DNA of 64,000 bases from Candidatus Saccharimonadales bacterium (GCA_035478775.1 DATIJG010000008.1:56354-120353), one strand, 5' to 3'. Shown: positions 27,096 through 36,216, counted from the stretch's first letter. The notes: generated from the letters alone by a model not told the origin. A program made the numbers and translations.

Positions 27096-28287
27096 CGAGA
27101 GACCGGTGCCTGCTGACACATATAGGCATAATGAGCTAGCAAGTAGTATCGGTCGCTTCAGCGTCACAGAAATTGACATTGAAACAATGCGACAAGCAAC
27201 TGAGATTTTTGACATAACAGTAGACATGTTGGCTACAAGTGAAGCACCACCTGTTCCCCATACTGACCCGGAACTGCTGCGGCAAGCAGCCGCTTTTGAC
27301 GATAAGCTCATACATCAATTGCATGAAGGGCCCGCCTCTATACATCTAGCAACAAGCAAAGTTAGTCGCGCAACTGGCTTGCTAGCCGCACATAAAACGT
27401 TTTGTCTCGACACCTTACGATCTAAGCAACCATCTGAATTATATGTTGAGCCGCAGTCCATCGCAGATGCGTATGGGTTGCCGGAGCTCTGGCAAGGTGC
27501 CAAGAATGTTTTAAAGGAAGAGGTAACGCGTTATAAAGTCGAAACACAGCATCCTGATATCCCCGAGCCACTACAACAACCAGTTAGCCTGGCCGAAACT
27601 AAGAGTTTGCTACGGTTTATGTGGGATCGGGTAGTACAGCCACGCGAAACACCTAGCGTTAATGTATACATGACCGACCAACCTCAAAACTATCACGTTT
27701 TCTGGGCACCCACTGCCAGTAACCTAGACTACGCGACACCTACAGCATATAGCCGCGCCACGCAACTTTCGTTTGATTTACCTCACAATGCAACACATCT
27801 TGCACATCTTGACGTATTACAAAAGGCTGATGGTGTGCATCGCTACAAAGATTCTATGCCTCAACGCGCGTTCTTTGAAGCGGCTACAGTCCTGTCTGAG
27901 TATATAACTATGGAGACGGCTGCTCATGGCGCCGAATTCGGTGAAGAGCTTTTGCGCGTGATGAATCTTGAGGGTTCTATGACGGCAGACGAACTATCAA
28001 AGTGGGTTGTAGCTGATCGAATGTACGAGTTCAAACTTCGTGCCGTACGGCTTTATGCTGACGTCTTAATGCTAGAAGGACGGCCGTTTGAAGATACGGT
28101 GCAACATATTAGTGAAGAGTTCGGCATACCGCACGAGCAAACAGCCGCAGAAACCGCCAAATACCTACCATGGACTGGCTTGGGAGGTGTGTATACATAC
28201 GGTTATCGTAAACTACTCGCAGAGCAAAAATATACGCTCGATGAAGTGTTCTATGATACGAAAGGCCAACCTAGAGAAAATTGGTAA
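27079..28287 (+). CDS. Hypothetical protein (402 aa)
   Basis: Long ORF overlapping the FolE2-like gene by 17 nt (GTG start; alternative ATG at 27187). HNATH motif noted, but I cannot make a family call. Confidence 0.5.
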   Translation: MNSLPSERPVPADTYRHNELASSIGRFSVTEIDIETMRQATEIFDITVDMLATSEAPPVPHTDPELLRQAAAFDDKLIHQLHEGPASIHLATSKVSRATGLLAAHKTFCLDTLRSKQPSELYVEPQSIADAYGLPELWQGAKNVLKEEVTRYKVETQHPDIPEPLQQPVSLAETKSLLRFMWDRVVQPRETPSVNVYMTDQPQNYHVFWAPTASNLDYATPTAYSRATQLSFDLPHNATHLAHLDVLQKADGVHRYKDSMPQRAFFEAATVLSEYITMETAAHGAEFGEELLRVMNLEGSMTADELSKWVVADRMYEFKLRAVRLYADVLMLEGRPFEDTVQHISEEFGIPHEQTAAETAKYLPWTGLGGVYTYGYRKLLAEQKYTLDEVFYDTKGQPRENW

Positions 28288-28343
28288 AACCTCAGAGTCA
28301 CCGAAGGCGCAGTTTACCCGAGGTTTGAACTTTCTGCTAAGAT

Positions 28344-28371
28344 ACAGGACTCGAACCAAACTTAACAGAGG
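28344..28371 (-). repeat. tRNA T-arm-like repeat, copy F1
   Basis: ACAGGACTCGAACCAAACTTAACAGAGG. The first 20 nt are identical to 6230..6249. Confidence 0.7.
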
Positions 28372-28372
28372 C

Positions 28373-28409
28373 AGGAATAAAAAATCCAAGCTTTTAATAA
28401 CTCGGATTT
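28373..28409 (-). terminator. Intrinsic terminator downstream of tRNA-Trp
   Basis: Minus strand: AAAUCCGAG-uuauuaaaag-CUUGGAUUU (9 bp including one G-U) followed by UUUAUU. Confidence 0.7.
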
Positions 28410-28435
28410 GAGACGTGACCTCTGTTATTCTGACC
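28399..28435 (-). repeat. Reference copy of the 32-nt flank block directly 3' of tRNA-Trp
   Basis: AACTCGGATTTGAGACGTGACCTCTGTTATTC recurs at 9171..9202 (30/32) and 6074..6105 (28/32). Each copy is followed by TGGCAG. Confidence 0.75.
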
Positions 28436-28511
28436 TGGCAGGGGAGACAGGACTTGAACCTGCGACACCCGGTTTTGGAGACCGGTGCTCTACCAACTGA
28501 GCTACTCCCCT
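28436..28511 (-). tRNA. trnW: tRNA-Trp (anticodon CCA), CCA-3' encoded
   Basis: The reverse complement AGGGGAGTAGCTCAGTTGGTAGAGCACCGGTCTCCAAAACCGGGTGTCGCAGGTTCAAGTCCTGTCTCCCCTGCCA folds as a 76-nt cloverleaf: 7-bp acceptor, D arm GCTC/GAGC, anticodon stem CCGGT/ACCGG with loop CTCCAAA, and a T arm. Confidence 0.95.
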
Positions 28512-28721
28512 ATAATAACTGGCACGAACTTAACTTGACTTGCGCTTAGGGCATAGCCACCAAAACGGCTAAATCTAATCGCAACAGAGATATCATACGA
28601 CATTTCGCCGGCGTTGTCACCCATAACTTACGACCAGCACTGCGTAAAACGGCCAGCCTAAAAAGCCACGGCGCCCGTTGGGGTTTTACTTTTAAGCACA
28701 ATCTGGCATACTAGTAGGCAG

Positions 28722-29381
28722 ATGTTAAAAGTTACGCCTAACAAGCCGCTGTTGATTCTCTTGTACGGGTTCCCCGGAGCAGGCAAAACCTACTTTGCGC
28801 GCCAGCTGTGCGAGCATTTGCAAGCCGCTCATATTCAGGGCGACCGTATTCGGGGTGAACTATTCGAAAAACCGCAATACGACAAAGAAGAGAATCAGGT
28901 CATTACGCAGCTTATGGACTATATGACCGGCGAATTTTTAAATGCGGGCATGAGCGTGGTATACGACACCAACGCTATGCGCCTAAGCCAGCGCCGCGCT
29001 TTGCGCGAAATGGCCCGCAAAACCAAAGCGCAAACAGTGCTGGTGTGGTTACAGATTGACAACGATAGCGCTATGGCCCGCATTTCAGCCCGTGACCGCC
29101 GCCGCAGCGACGACAAATTCGCGATGCCGATAGATAAAACCACGTTCCAACGCGTGACATCCGGTATGCAAAACCCCCAAAACGAAGATTATATCGTTAT
29201 CAGCGGCAAGCATACTTTTAATACGCAGCTCAGCGCCTTCGTAAAACGCTTGCGCGAACTCGGCCTGATTACCGATAATCAAGCCGCTCCCAAACTTGTA
29301 AAGCCCGGCCTGGTAAATCTGGTACCAAACCCCACGGCCGGCCGCGTAGACTTGAGCCGACGTAATATCGTCATTCGTTAG
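28722..29381 (+). CDS. P-loop kinase (AAA_33 / zeta-toxin-like ATPase family)
   Basis: 219 aa. Walker A YGFPGAGKTY. Confidence 0.65.
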   Translation: MLKVTPNKPLLILLYGFPGAGKTYFARQLCEHLQAAHIQGDRIRGELFEKPQYDKEENQVITQLMDYMTGEFLNAGMSVVYDTNAMRLSQRRALREMARKTKAQTVLVWLQIDNDSAMARISARDRRRSDDKFAMPIDKTTFQRVTSGMQNPQNEDYIVISGKHTFNTQLSAFVKRLRELGLITDNQAAPKLVKPGLVNLVPNPTAGRVDLSRRNIVIR

Positions 29382-29396
29382 CAAAGGCGTTTTCAA

Positions 29397-30113
29397 ATGG
29401 CCACTAAGCACGTTACATTACCTGACATTGGCTCTCTCACACTCTACAAGCGCCGCGGCAGCCGTAGCCTGCGCTTAAGCATTGGCCTGAACGGCGAAGT
29501 GCGCGTGTCTCTGCCATATTGGGTGTCCTATAAAGCCGCCGAGGAATTCGCTAAAGGCAAAGCGAGCTGGATCTTACACCAGCAAGGACAACGCACACCA
29601 ACCTTAGAACACGGCCAACTCATCGGGAAAGCCCACCGTTTACACTTTGAACCGACCGCTGGCGAGCGCACCACCACGCGCGTTTCACTTACCGAAATTA
29701 GGGTACACCACCCCATTACCGTACCGCCCGACAATGACGAAGTGCAGGCAAGAGCTTCGGCTGCTAGCATAAAAGCCCTACGCCAAGAAGCTGAGCAACT
29801 TTTACCAAACCGTTTGCAGCGCTTGGCCAAAGCGTATGGCTTCGACTTTAAAAGTGTCGATGTTAAACGCCTAAAAACGCGCTGGGGCAGTTGCAGCTCG
29901 GCACAAGAAATTACCTTAAACCTGTTTTTAATGCAACTGCCATGGCATTTAATAGATTACGTTTTGCTGCACGAGCTGACTCACACTAAAGTCATGCAGC
30001 ACGGCAAACCCTTCTGGAACGAGTTAGAACGCCATTTGCCAGGCGCGCGTAAACTCCGGCAAGAAATAAATACTTACCAACCAGTATTACAACCACACGT
30101 ACATGTGACATAA
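29397..30113 (+). CDS. YgjP-like (DUF45/M48-like) metal-dependent hydrolase
   Basis: 238 aa. LLHELTHTKVMQHGKPFW (HExxH plus the downstream H..FW typical of DUF45). Confidence 0.75.
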   Translation: MATKHVTLPDIGSLTLYKRRGSRSLRLSIGLNGEVRVSLPYWVSYKAAEEFAKGKASWILHQQGQRTPTLEHGQLIGKAHRLHFEPTAGERTTTRVSLTEIRVHHPITVPPDNDEVQARASAASIKALRQEAEQLLPNRLQRLAKAYGFDFKSVDVKRLKTRWGSCSSAQEITLNLFLMQLPWHLIDYVLLHELTHTKVMQHGKPFWNELERHLPGARKLRQEINTYQPVLQPHVHVT

Positions 30114-30121
30114 TAAAGCTT

Positions 30122-31297
30122 ATGATTGAGCGCATTTTGCCAAGGAAAAGAAAACGGGCCGAGCTTGAGCACCAGCGGCTCACCAGCCTCATAAACAGCA
30201 TGGCCGATGGCGTTTTGGCGGTCGATAGGCGCATGAACGTCGTCATTTACAATGGTGCGGCGCTCAATATTCTCGACGTTAACAGTTCGATGCACGGCCG
30301 GGCGCTTGCCGAAGTGCTACAGCCCTTCGACCATAACAACCAACCTGTCGACATTGTAAAATTGGTACGCAAAACGACCACTGCCACCTCACAACGCGAT
30401 CTGCTTTTGCATTACCGAGATGGCAGTACCATCAACCTATATTTGAGCATCGCACCAGTGCATTTTGGCTACGGGCAACAAGGGCAGCGTGGCTTCGTAC
30501 TGTTGCTACGTGATATCACCCGCGAAAAATCACTCGAGGAAGAGCGCGACGAATTTATTAGCGTCGTCAGCCACGAACTACGCACGCCGATCGCCATCGC
30601 CGAAGGCAACATTAGTAACGCCCAGTTTATTCTGGACAAAAATCCGGACATCGCAGCAATTAAAACGGCACTCAAAGATTCGCACGACCAAGTTATGTTT
30701 TTAGCAAGCATGGTGAACGACCTGGCTACGTTGTCACGAGCCGAACGCGGCAAACTGAACGTTGATATTACGCCGATTGACGTGCCAAACTTTACGGCCG
30801 AGCTTGCTAAAAATTACACAGCCGATGCGCAAGCTAAAGGCTTAGAACTTAAGACCAACGTAACGCCAAACATGCCGCCGCTCTTTTCAAGCGAGTTATA
30901 TGTGCGCGAAATTCTGCAAAACTTTATTACCAACGCCATCAAATACACCGAAAAAGGCTCGGTGACTATTGGGGCGCAAATGGCCGAAAAGGGCACCTTG
31001 TTTACTGTTGCCGACACAGGCATTGGCATAAGTAAAAGTGATCAAGAGAAAGTGTTCGACAAATTTTTCCGTTCCGAAGATTACCGCACCCGCAAAACAA
31101 GCGGTACCGGCCTTGGTTTGTACGTTACATTAAAGCTTTCCCGGCTATTGCACGCCGAAATTAACATGAAAAGTCAGATCAATAAAGGCTCGACGTTTAG
31201 CGTTTTTGTGCCGAACCTCGAGGGCCCGACAAGCGCAGACAGTGCGCAAAAGCCCGCCGAGCAGGCAAACAGCAATAACGCGGTTACCTCAACGTAA
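30122..31297 (+). CDS. Cytoplasmic PAS-domain sensor histidine kinase (no adjacent response regulator)
   Basis: H-box SVVSHELRTPIAI. HATPase N/G boxes NAIKYT and GTGLGLYV. No TM segment. Confidence 0.85.
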   Translation: MIERILPRKRKRAELEHQRLTSLINSMADGVLAVDRRMNVVIYNGAALNILDVNSSMHGRALAEVLQPFDHNNQPVDIVKLVRKTTTATSQRDLLLHYRDGSTINLYLSIAPVHFGYGQQGQRGFVLLLRDITREKSLEEERDEFISVVSHELRTPIAIAEGNISNAQFILDKNPDIAAIKTALKDSHDQVMFLASMVNDLATLSRAERGKLNVDITPIDVPNFTAELAKNYTADAQAKGLELKTNVTPNMPPLFSSELYVREILQNFITNAIKYTEKGSVTIGAQMAEKGTLFTVADTGIGISKSDQEKVFDKFFRSEDYRTRKTSGTGLGLYVTLKLSRLLHAEINMKSQINKGSTFSVFVPNLEGPTSADSAQKPAEQANSNNAVTST

Positions 31298-31336
31298 CAG
31301 TCTAGAACCCGCTACGCCATGGCAAAGGTTCGTTCG

Positions 31337-31732
31337 TTAAATGTCGCCCATTGCCTTTTTATAAATAATGCTGGCACTTATGGCAATCGCCGCACCAAAT
31401 GAGACAGCTGCCCAAGTAAAGTCACCATCTTTGGCCTCCGCTTGGCCATCCGCCAACCCCATGTACTGATTTTTCCATCCGTCGACGTTATAATATTCCA
31501 CCAATTGCTTTTGATCGTTAGCATCTTCACTTAACGGATCGACAGAAGGCATTTGAGCTTCTAAAGAAATGTACTTATCCGCTTCATGGTTGTTGCGGCC
31601 TTGCCATATGGCATGGTTGATTCCCGCAATCCCAAAGCCTAACGTTGCAGCAAGTCCCACACCGCTTAGAGTCCCTCGGGCAATTTTGAACCTTGATTCT
31701 CTATCAGTAATATATTCTTCGCTCTGTCGCAT
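31337..31732 (-). CDS. Hypothetical small membrane protein
   Basis: 131 aa with Gly-zipper-like TM segments. Confidence 0.45.
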   Translation of the reverse strand: MRQSEEYITDRESRFKIARGTLSGVGLAATLGFGIAGINHAIWQGRNNHEADKYISLEAQMPSVDPLSEDANDQKQLVEYYNVDGWKNQYMGLADGQAEAKDGDFTWAAVSFGAAIAISASIIYKKAMGDI

Positions 31733-31865
31733 TGTTACTCCAAACCTGCATATATAGAAATATATATAGAATTTTACTTATAAAATATACTTATAGCAGT
31801 TCTGTTAATACATTACTAGGGGAAGCTGTAATTTATAGAACTTTATCCAACCTATAGCCAGCACA

Positions 31866-33374
31866 TCACTCATGCATATTTGACGGATGCGGATACGTAT
31901 GCATAACCGGAATACACACATTGCGCTCTTTCCATTCCACCACTGAAAATTCATACTGCCACATAGAGCGGTGCAATAACAACACGTCAACAATAATCAT
32001 TACCGGCATACCAATAAGCGAATAAGGCAACCGTCCGATATGCGTTGCGTTGGTCACCCGCACATAACATACAGTTAGCAACACTGCCGAAGCCGCCGCT
32101 AATGTCTGCGCAAGCGCATTTACTGGCAGCCACCAGCCCGCCAAAGCTATAATAAACGGTAAAATCAACAAAATTAGGTTAGCAAAAGTGACCAGAAAGA
32201 CTTGCTCTGGCCTGCGGTGCACCTGTGGATAGCGCATGCGCACGGCGGTGTCGATTTGGTCGGCACGCGGCTTAAAACTAGTGACAATCAGGTCTTTATC
32301 ACTCCGTATAAAACTATACCTATCGCCTTGTATTAACGCTTTAGCAAAGTAAGCTTCGGGTACAATTGCCCGCGTAACGGCGGCAAACCCACCGGTTTTA
32401 ACTAACGCTTTGCGCTCGATAATCCAGCAGCTACTGAGCACTGCCGGGCGGTTAAACAAGCGGCGTGGCGGCACCAACTCCCACCAATAGCGCGCTGCCT
32501 GAATAACGGATAGGTGAGGCCGCCTTGGGAGTTGCTGCATCGGCAGCACGCTGACCATACTTTTCTTGCGGGTAAGTGCCAGCGTTACGAGCTGGCGTAA
32601 GCTGTCCGGCTCAAAACGCACATCGACGCCGCAAAATACAATGAATTCACCGCTTGACTCTTTTGCCAAGCGGTCGTATGCCTGGTTTTTAGCGAGCCAC
32701 GTTGGCCGTGGCTCCTCACCCTGAACAAACCGCACGCCGTCGTGTGCAAAGCTTTTAATAATTTCCGGTGTATGGTTGTTTTGCGAGCAATCATCGAGCA
32801 CAATCACCTCAAGTTTCGGGTAATCGCTGGCAATAACGCTGCTTAAGCACTCTTGTAAATCCAGGGTTTCGTTGCGGGCAGGGATAGCCACTGTGAGCGA
32901 AGGCAACTCGGCATCGCTGTAGTGTCTATTCAAGTGGCCGGGGGCCGTTTTATGTAACCGCCGGCGCAGTGAGGTAAACAATGCAACCGCACTCAGCGCC
33001 TGAGCAACCGCGACCATCAGCCACACAAACGAGCGGTTCCGCGGCATTTGATACCACAACCACCATGCCGCAAATAGCAGCACCTGCGTCCCTATAAGCA
33101 TATAGCTTGTACGCCAGGTCACGCGCCGCAAATAATTAGCGTGCATTCGCCCTTTAATAATACGCACCATATTAAAAGTACGGTACAAGCTTATGGCAGC
33201 GATAAGCCCAGTAAGGACATTAGGCCGCAGCACGCATAAACTGGCCGAGGCAAAATTAGCCAGCACGCAAGCCAGTATAATAAATAGTAACCGCAAGCCG
33301 CGCCGTAGCACCATAACATGGACAATAACCTCCGAAAGTACAGAGGCGCAAAACGCATAAAGCATAAGAATCAT
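31866..33374 (-). CDS. Membrane-bound family 2 glycosyltransferase
   Basis: 502 aa. TVAIPARNE...EVIVLDDCS GT-A motifs flanked by TM segments. Confidence 0.75.
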   Translation of the reverse strand: MILMLYAFCASVLSEVIVHVMVLRRGLRLLFIILACVLANFASASLCVLRPNVLTGLIAAISLYRTFNMVRIIKGRMHANYLRRVTWRTSYMLIGTQVLLFAAWWLWYQMPRNRSFVWLMVAVAQALSAVALFTSLRRRLHKTAPGHLNRHYSDAELPSLTVAIPARNETLDLQECLSSVIASDYPKLEVIVLDDCSQNNHTPEIIKSFAHDGVRFVQGEEPRPTWLAKNQAYDRLAKESSGEFIVFCGVDVRFEPDSLRQLVTLALTRKKSMVSVLPMQQLPRRPHLSVIQAARYWWELVPPRRLFNRPAVLSSCWIIERKALVKTGGFAAVTRAIVPEAYFAKALIQGDRYSFIRSDKDLIVTSFKPRADQIDTAVRMRYPQVHRRPEQVFLVTFANLILLILPFIIALAGWWLPVNALAQTLAAASAVLLTVCYVRVTNATHIGRLPYSLIGMPVMIIVDVLLLHRSMWQYEFSVVEWKERNVCIPVMHTYPHPSNMHE

Positions 33375-33450
33375 ACTATTTATAGTATATGCAAAATATG
33401 CACCGCTGGAAATATTGCTAAATTTCTAATTTTGTGCTATTATATGCGTC

Positions 33451-33969
33451 ATGAACCAACAGCCAGCGCCACAAGAGCAGCCAAACGACGCTCAAAGCAA
33501 CTTTATTGTACAGCCTAAGGACCGGCTTGCAGCGCCTGAACTAGCTAACTACCACGGGGGTAAGATTATCGCAGCCGGTACGGTTATCGGCATCATAGCA
33601 ATTGGAGCCGGCATTGGCTACAGTGGCTACGAAAACCACACAGCTGGCAACGAAGCAGTCACTGCTAAAAACGAACGTATTGCTGCCGACCAAGCGTATT
33701 TCCACGGTGATATGGTTAAAAGCCAAGCGCTCATACACGACTCGCATACCCACGCTGACACCATCAAAAGCCATATAGACGCTAGCAAGGTTGACATGAA
33801 GCTTGGCTGGGGAGCCGGCGCTGCATCGATCGTATTCGGAATCGCCGCAGGCGGAATGTTGCGCCGTAAGCAAAACATGGTAAATGCCGCACTGAGTGCA
33901 GACTATAACGCTCGCGTACTGGCCCACGTTACCGAAAAAGCCCGGCAACAAAACCAAGGCAATAACTAG
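33451..33969 (+). CDS. Hypothetical membrane protein
   Basis: 172 aa with two Gly-rich TM segments. Confidence 0.45.
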   Translation: MNQQPAPQEQPNDAQSNFIVQPKDRLAAPELANYHGGKIIAAGTVIGIIAIGAGIGYSGYENHTAGNEAVTAKNERIAADQAYFHGDMVKSQALIHDSHTHADTIKSHIDASKVDMKLGWGAGAASIVFGIAAGGMLRRKQNMVNAALSADYNARVLAHVTEKARQQNQGNN

Positions 33970-34057
33970 TACTTGACGCCTACGCGCCAACCGGCGTATA
34001 CTTGACACATCAGGAGCTTATCGTTTTGATAAGCTCTTTTTATATAGGAGAACAAGA

Positions 34058-34453
34058 GTGGCTGACGAAGACCAGAAAAAACCAAAGCGCCGCGTACGCA
34101 AGGTTGAAAGTGTCCGTGACATAAGCACCAAAAGCGAGCAGCCTGCAACAGTGGGCACCGGCCGCAAAATAGGGCGCGGTTTTACAGCGCCAGTGCGTTT
34201 TATTGGCCGCGGCATTGCCGGCGTAGGGCACAAACTTAATAAAATTAAGGTGTTCCGAATTTTGGGCCTTATTTTATGGCCGCCTTACTTCCGCAACAGC
34301 TGGAAGGAACTTCGCCAAGTCACTTGGCCAAACGGCAAGCAAAGCCGCCAATTAACCACCGCGGTTATTTTGTTTGCGGTCACTTTTGGCATTATTATTG
34401 CGCTGCTTGACTTTGGTCTCGACAAAATATTTAAACAGGTATTATTAAAGTAA
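34058..34453 (+). CDS. secE: Preprotein translocase subunit SecE (long basic N-terminus)
   Basis: GTG start after AGGAG. C-terminus NSWKELRQVTWPNGKQSRQLTTAVILFAVTFGIIIALLD. Position is immediately upstream of nusG. Confidence 0.8.
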   Translation: MADEDQKKPKRRVRKVESVRDISTKSEQPATVGTGRKIGRGFTAPVRFIGRGIAGVGHKLNKIKVFRILGLILWPPYFRNSWKELRQVTWPNGKQSRQLTTAVILFAVTFGIIIALLDFGLDKIFKQVLLK

Positions 34454-34484
34454 GCAGGTTTAAGGCTGACTTACCGGAGAATTT

Positions 34485-35027
34485 ATGAGCAAACGATACG
34501 ACGAATCAAAACAATGGTACGCAATCCACACCTATAGCGGCTATGAAGAAAAGGTGGCCGAAAGCATCCGCCAACGCGCTGATAGTTTGGACATGAAAGA
34601 CAAGGTTTTCCAAGTCTTAGTGCCTAAAGAAAAGATGATTGAGATCAAAAACGGCAAACGCCGGGTGGTTGAAAAGCGCATTTTCCAGGGCTACGTACTA
34701 GTAGAAATTAAAATGAGCGAGGATGCTTGGTACATTGTGCGCAACACTCCTGGCGTGACCGGTTTTGTGGGTTCAGGCACCGAGCCGACTCCCGTAAGTG
34801 AAGATGAAGTTAAAAACATTCAGAAGCGCATGGGCTTAGAACAGCCAAAGCACAAAATGGACTTCCGCCTTGGCGAAGTGGTCAGTATTATTGACGGGCC
34901 GTTCAAGGGCTTCGACGGTGCCATCAACGAAATTGACGCCGCCAAAGGTAAACTTAAGGTGCTTGTGAACATGTTTGGCCGGGAAACGCCAGTCGAACTC
35001 GACAGCCTGCAAGTTAAGCGCGTATAG
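34485..35027 (+). CDS. nusG: Transcription termination/antitermination factor NusG
   Basis: WYAIHTYSGYEEKV NGN start. C-terminal KOW (GEVVSIIDGPFKGFDGAINEID). Confidence 0.95.
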   Translation: MSKRYDESKQWYAIHTYSGYEEKVAESIRQRADSLDMKDKVFQVLVPKEKMIEIKNGKRRVVEKRIFQGYVLVEIKMSEDAWYIVRNTPGVTGFVGSGTEPTPVSEDEVKNIQKRMGLEQPKHKMDFRLGEVVSIIDGPFKGFDGAINEIDAAKGKLKVLVNMFGRETPVELDSLQVKRV

Positions 35028-35038
35028 GCAGCAAAACC

Positions 35039-35416
35039 ATGTCTGCAGAAAATCTCACGCCCCCCTCGTCACCGGCAGGTAATCGTTGTCTAAAAATTTC
35101 GCTACTTATGTCAACAGTAACGGGTGACTTTACTCCGGAAATTGGAGTGCCGTACACATGCGCTTTTGCCCGGTCTGAACACAAATGTGATCAGATTCGT
35201 ACAGCGACTCAGCAACCCGAGAGAGGTTTATATAGCATGTCTGACTACGCTACCACCGGCGATTGCCTTATTGATAAACCGACTCCGGAAGAGCGAGAAA
35301 GGATGCTTAGTGCAGAACGAGCGCTCCTGAATGCGATATTTTCCGACCAAGACACACCTACAGATTTCACTGACTTACTGCCAGATTTTCCCCAAACGCC
35401 GCACGACGAAGCATAG
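35039..35416 (+). CDS. Orphan ORF between nusG and rplK (125 aa; possibly only the 59-aa acidic C-terminal part from MSDYATT)
   Basis: ORF only, with no motif. The nusG-rplK gap is unusually long (481 nt). Confidence 0.25.
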   Translation: MSAENLTPPSSPAGNRCLKISLLMSTVTGDFTPEIGVPYTCAFARSEHKCDQIRTATQQPERGLYSMSDYATTGDCLIDKPTPEERERMLSAERALLNAIFSDQDTPTDFTDLLPDFPQTPHDEA

Positions 35417-35508
35417 ACTTTTAAAGCGTTTTATAGTAAAATACTAAAGTTACGCACATTGTGGTGAGCGCTTCAACTTTCTCACCATATTGCAAGAAGG
35501 ATTAAACA

Positions 35509-35937
35509 ATGGCAAAAGCTGTAAAAGCAAACGTAAAAATGAAGCTGCCTGCGGGCCGCGCAACCGCTGCACCTCCGGTTGGTAGCATCCTTGGTGCGCA
35601 CGGTGTAAACATGATGGACTTCATCAACCCGTTCAACGACCAAACTAAAGACATGCAGGGTGCAACCGTCACTGTCCACGTGACAATTTACGACGACCGC
35701 AGCATGAACTTTTACGTCGTTGGTGCGCCTACCGACGACCTTATTCGCGCTGAACTCGGCATCAAAAAAGGTTCGGGCAAACCAAACAGCGAAAAGATCG
35801 CTAAAAAATTAAGCGATGCCCAGCTGACCAAAATCGCCGAGGTGAAAGCAAAAGACATGAACACCGATGACATCGCAGCTGTCAAAAAGATGGTTGCCGG
35901 CACCGCACGCAGCATGGGTGTCGAAATCGAAGGGTAA
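35509..35937 (+). CDS. rplK: 50S ribosomal protein L11
   Basis: MAKAVKANVKMKLPAGRATAAPPVGSILGAHGVNMMDF... is classic L11. Confidence 0.97.
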   Translation: MAKAVKANVKMKLPAGRATAAPPVGSILGAHGVNMMDFINPFNDQTKDMQGATVTVHVTIYDDRSMNFYVVGAPTDDLIRAELGIKKGSGKPNSEKIAKKLSDAQLTKIAEVKAKDMNTDDIAAVKKMVAGTARSMGVEIEG

Positions 35938-35940
35938 ACC

Positions 35941-36216
35941 ATGGCGGAAAGAATACGTCTATTTGAAGACGAAAATTCTGAAGATCGGCCAACTGGAGGT
36001 CGCCGCTTCGTGGATAGCGGCAATCCAAACGAAAAGCCTTCGGACCCAAGTGAGTACGCGGTGCCAAGCAGCTCTGACCTTAATTACCCACAGCCAGTCA
36101 GAACCCCCCGTTTCGAGAAAGAAACAAGTGTAGGCCAGCCCGAGAGCAATCAACGGCAGCAACCCCAGATACCACCAGAACAACGATATGATGGCCCATT
36201 TTATGTTGGCGGCTAA
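35941..36216 (+). CDS. Orphan Pro/Glu/Gln-rich 91-aa ORF between rplK and rplA
   Basis: ATG 4 nt after the rplK stop. Low-complexity, probably disordered. Confidence 0.3.
   Translation: MAERIRLFEDENSEDRPTGGRRFVDSGNPNEKPSDPSEYAVPSSSDLNYPQPVRTPRFEKETSVGQPESNQRQQPQIPPEQRYDGPFYVGG

Noticed and set aside
6074-28435. The repeat family as a CRISPR array.
   Set aside because: Copies are kilobases apart, degenerate, separated by genes rather than short spacers, and no cas genes are present.
1-28435. Integrase, recombinase or transposase that would explain the mosaic.
   Set aside because: I read all ORFs of at least 60 aa on both strands. None shows tyrosine/serine recombinase or DDE motifs. The island model therefore stays a hypothesis, and the element may be a structured 3' element instead.
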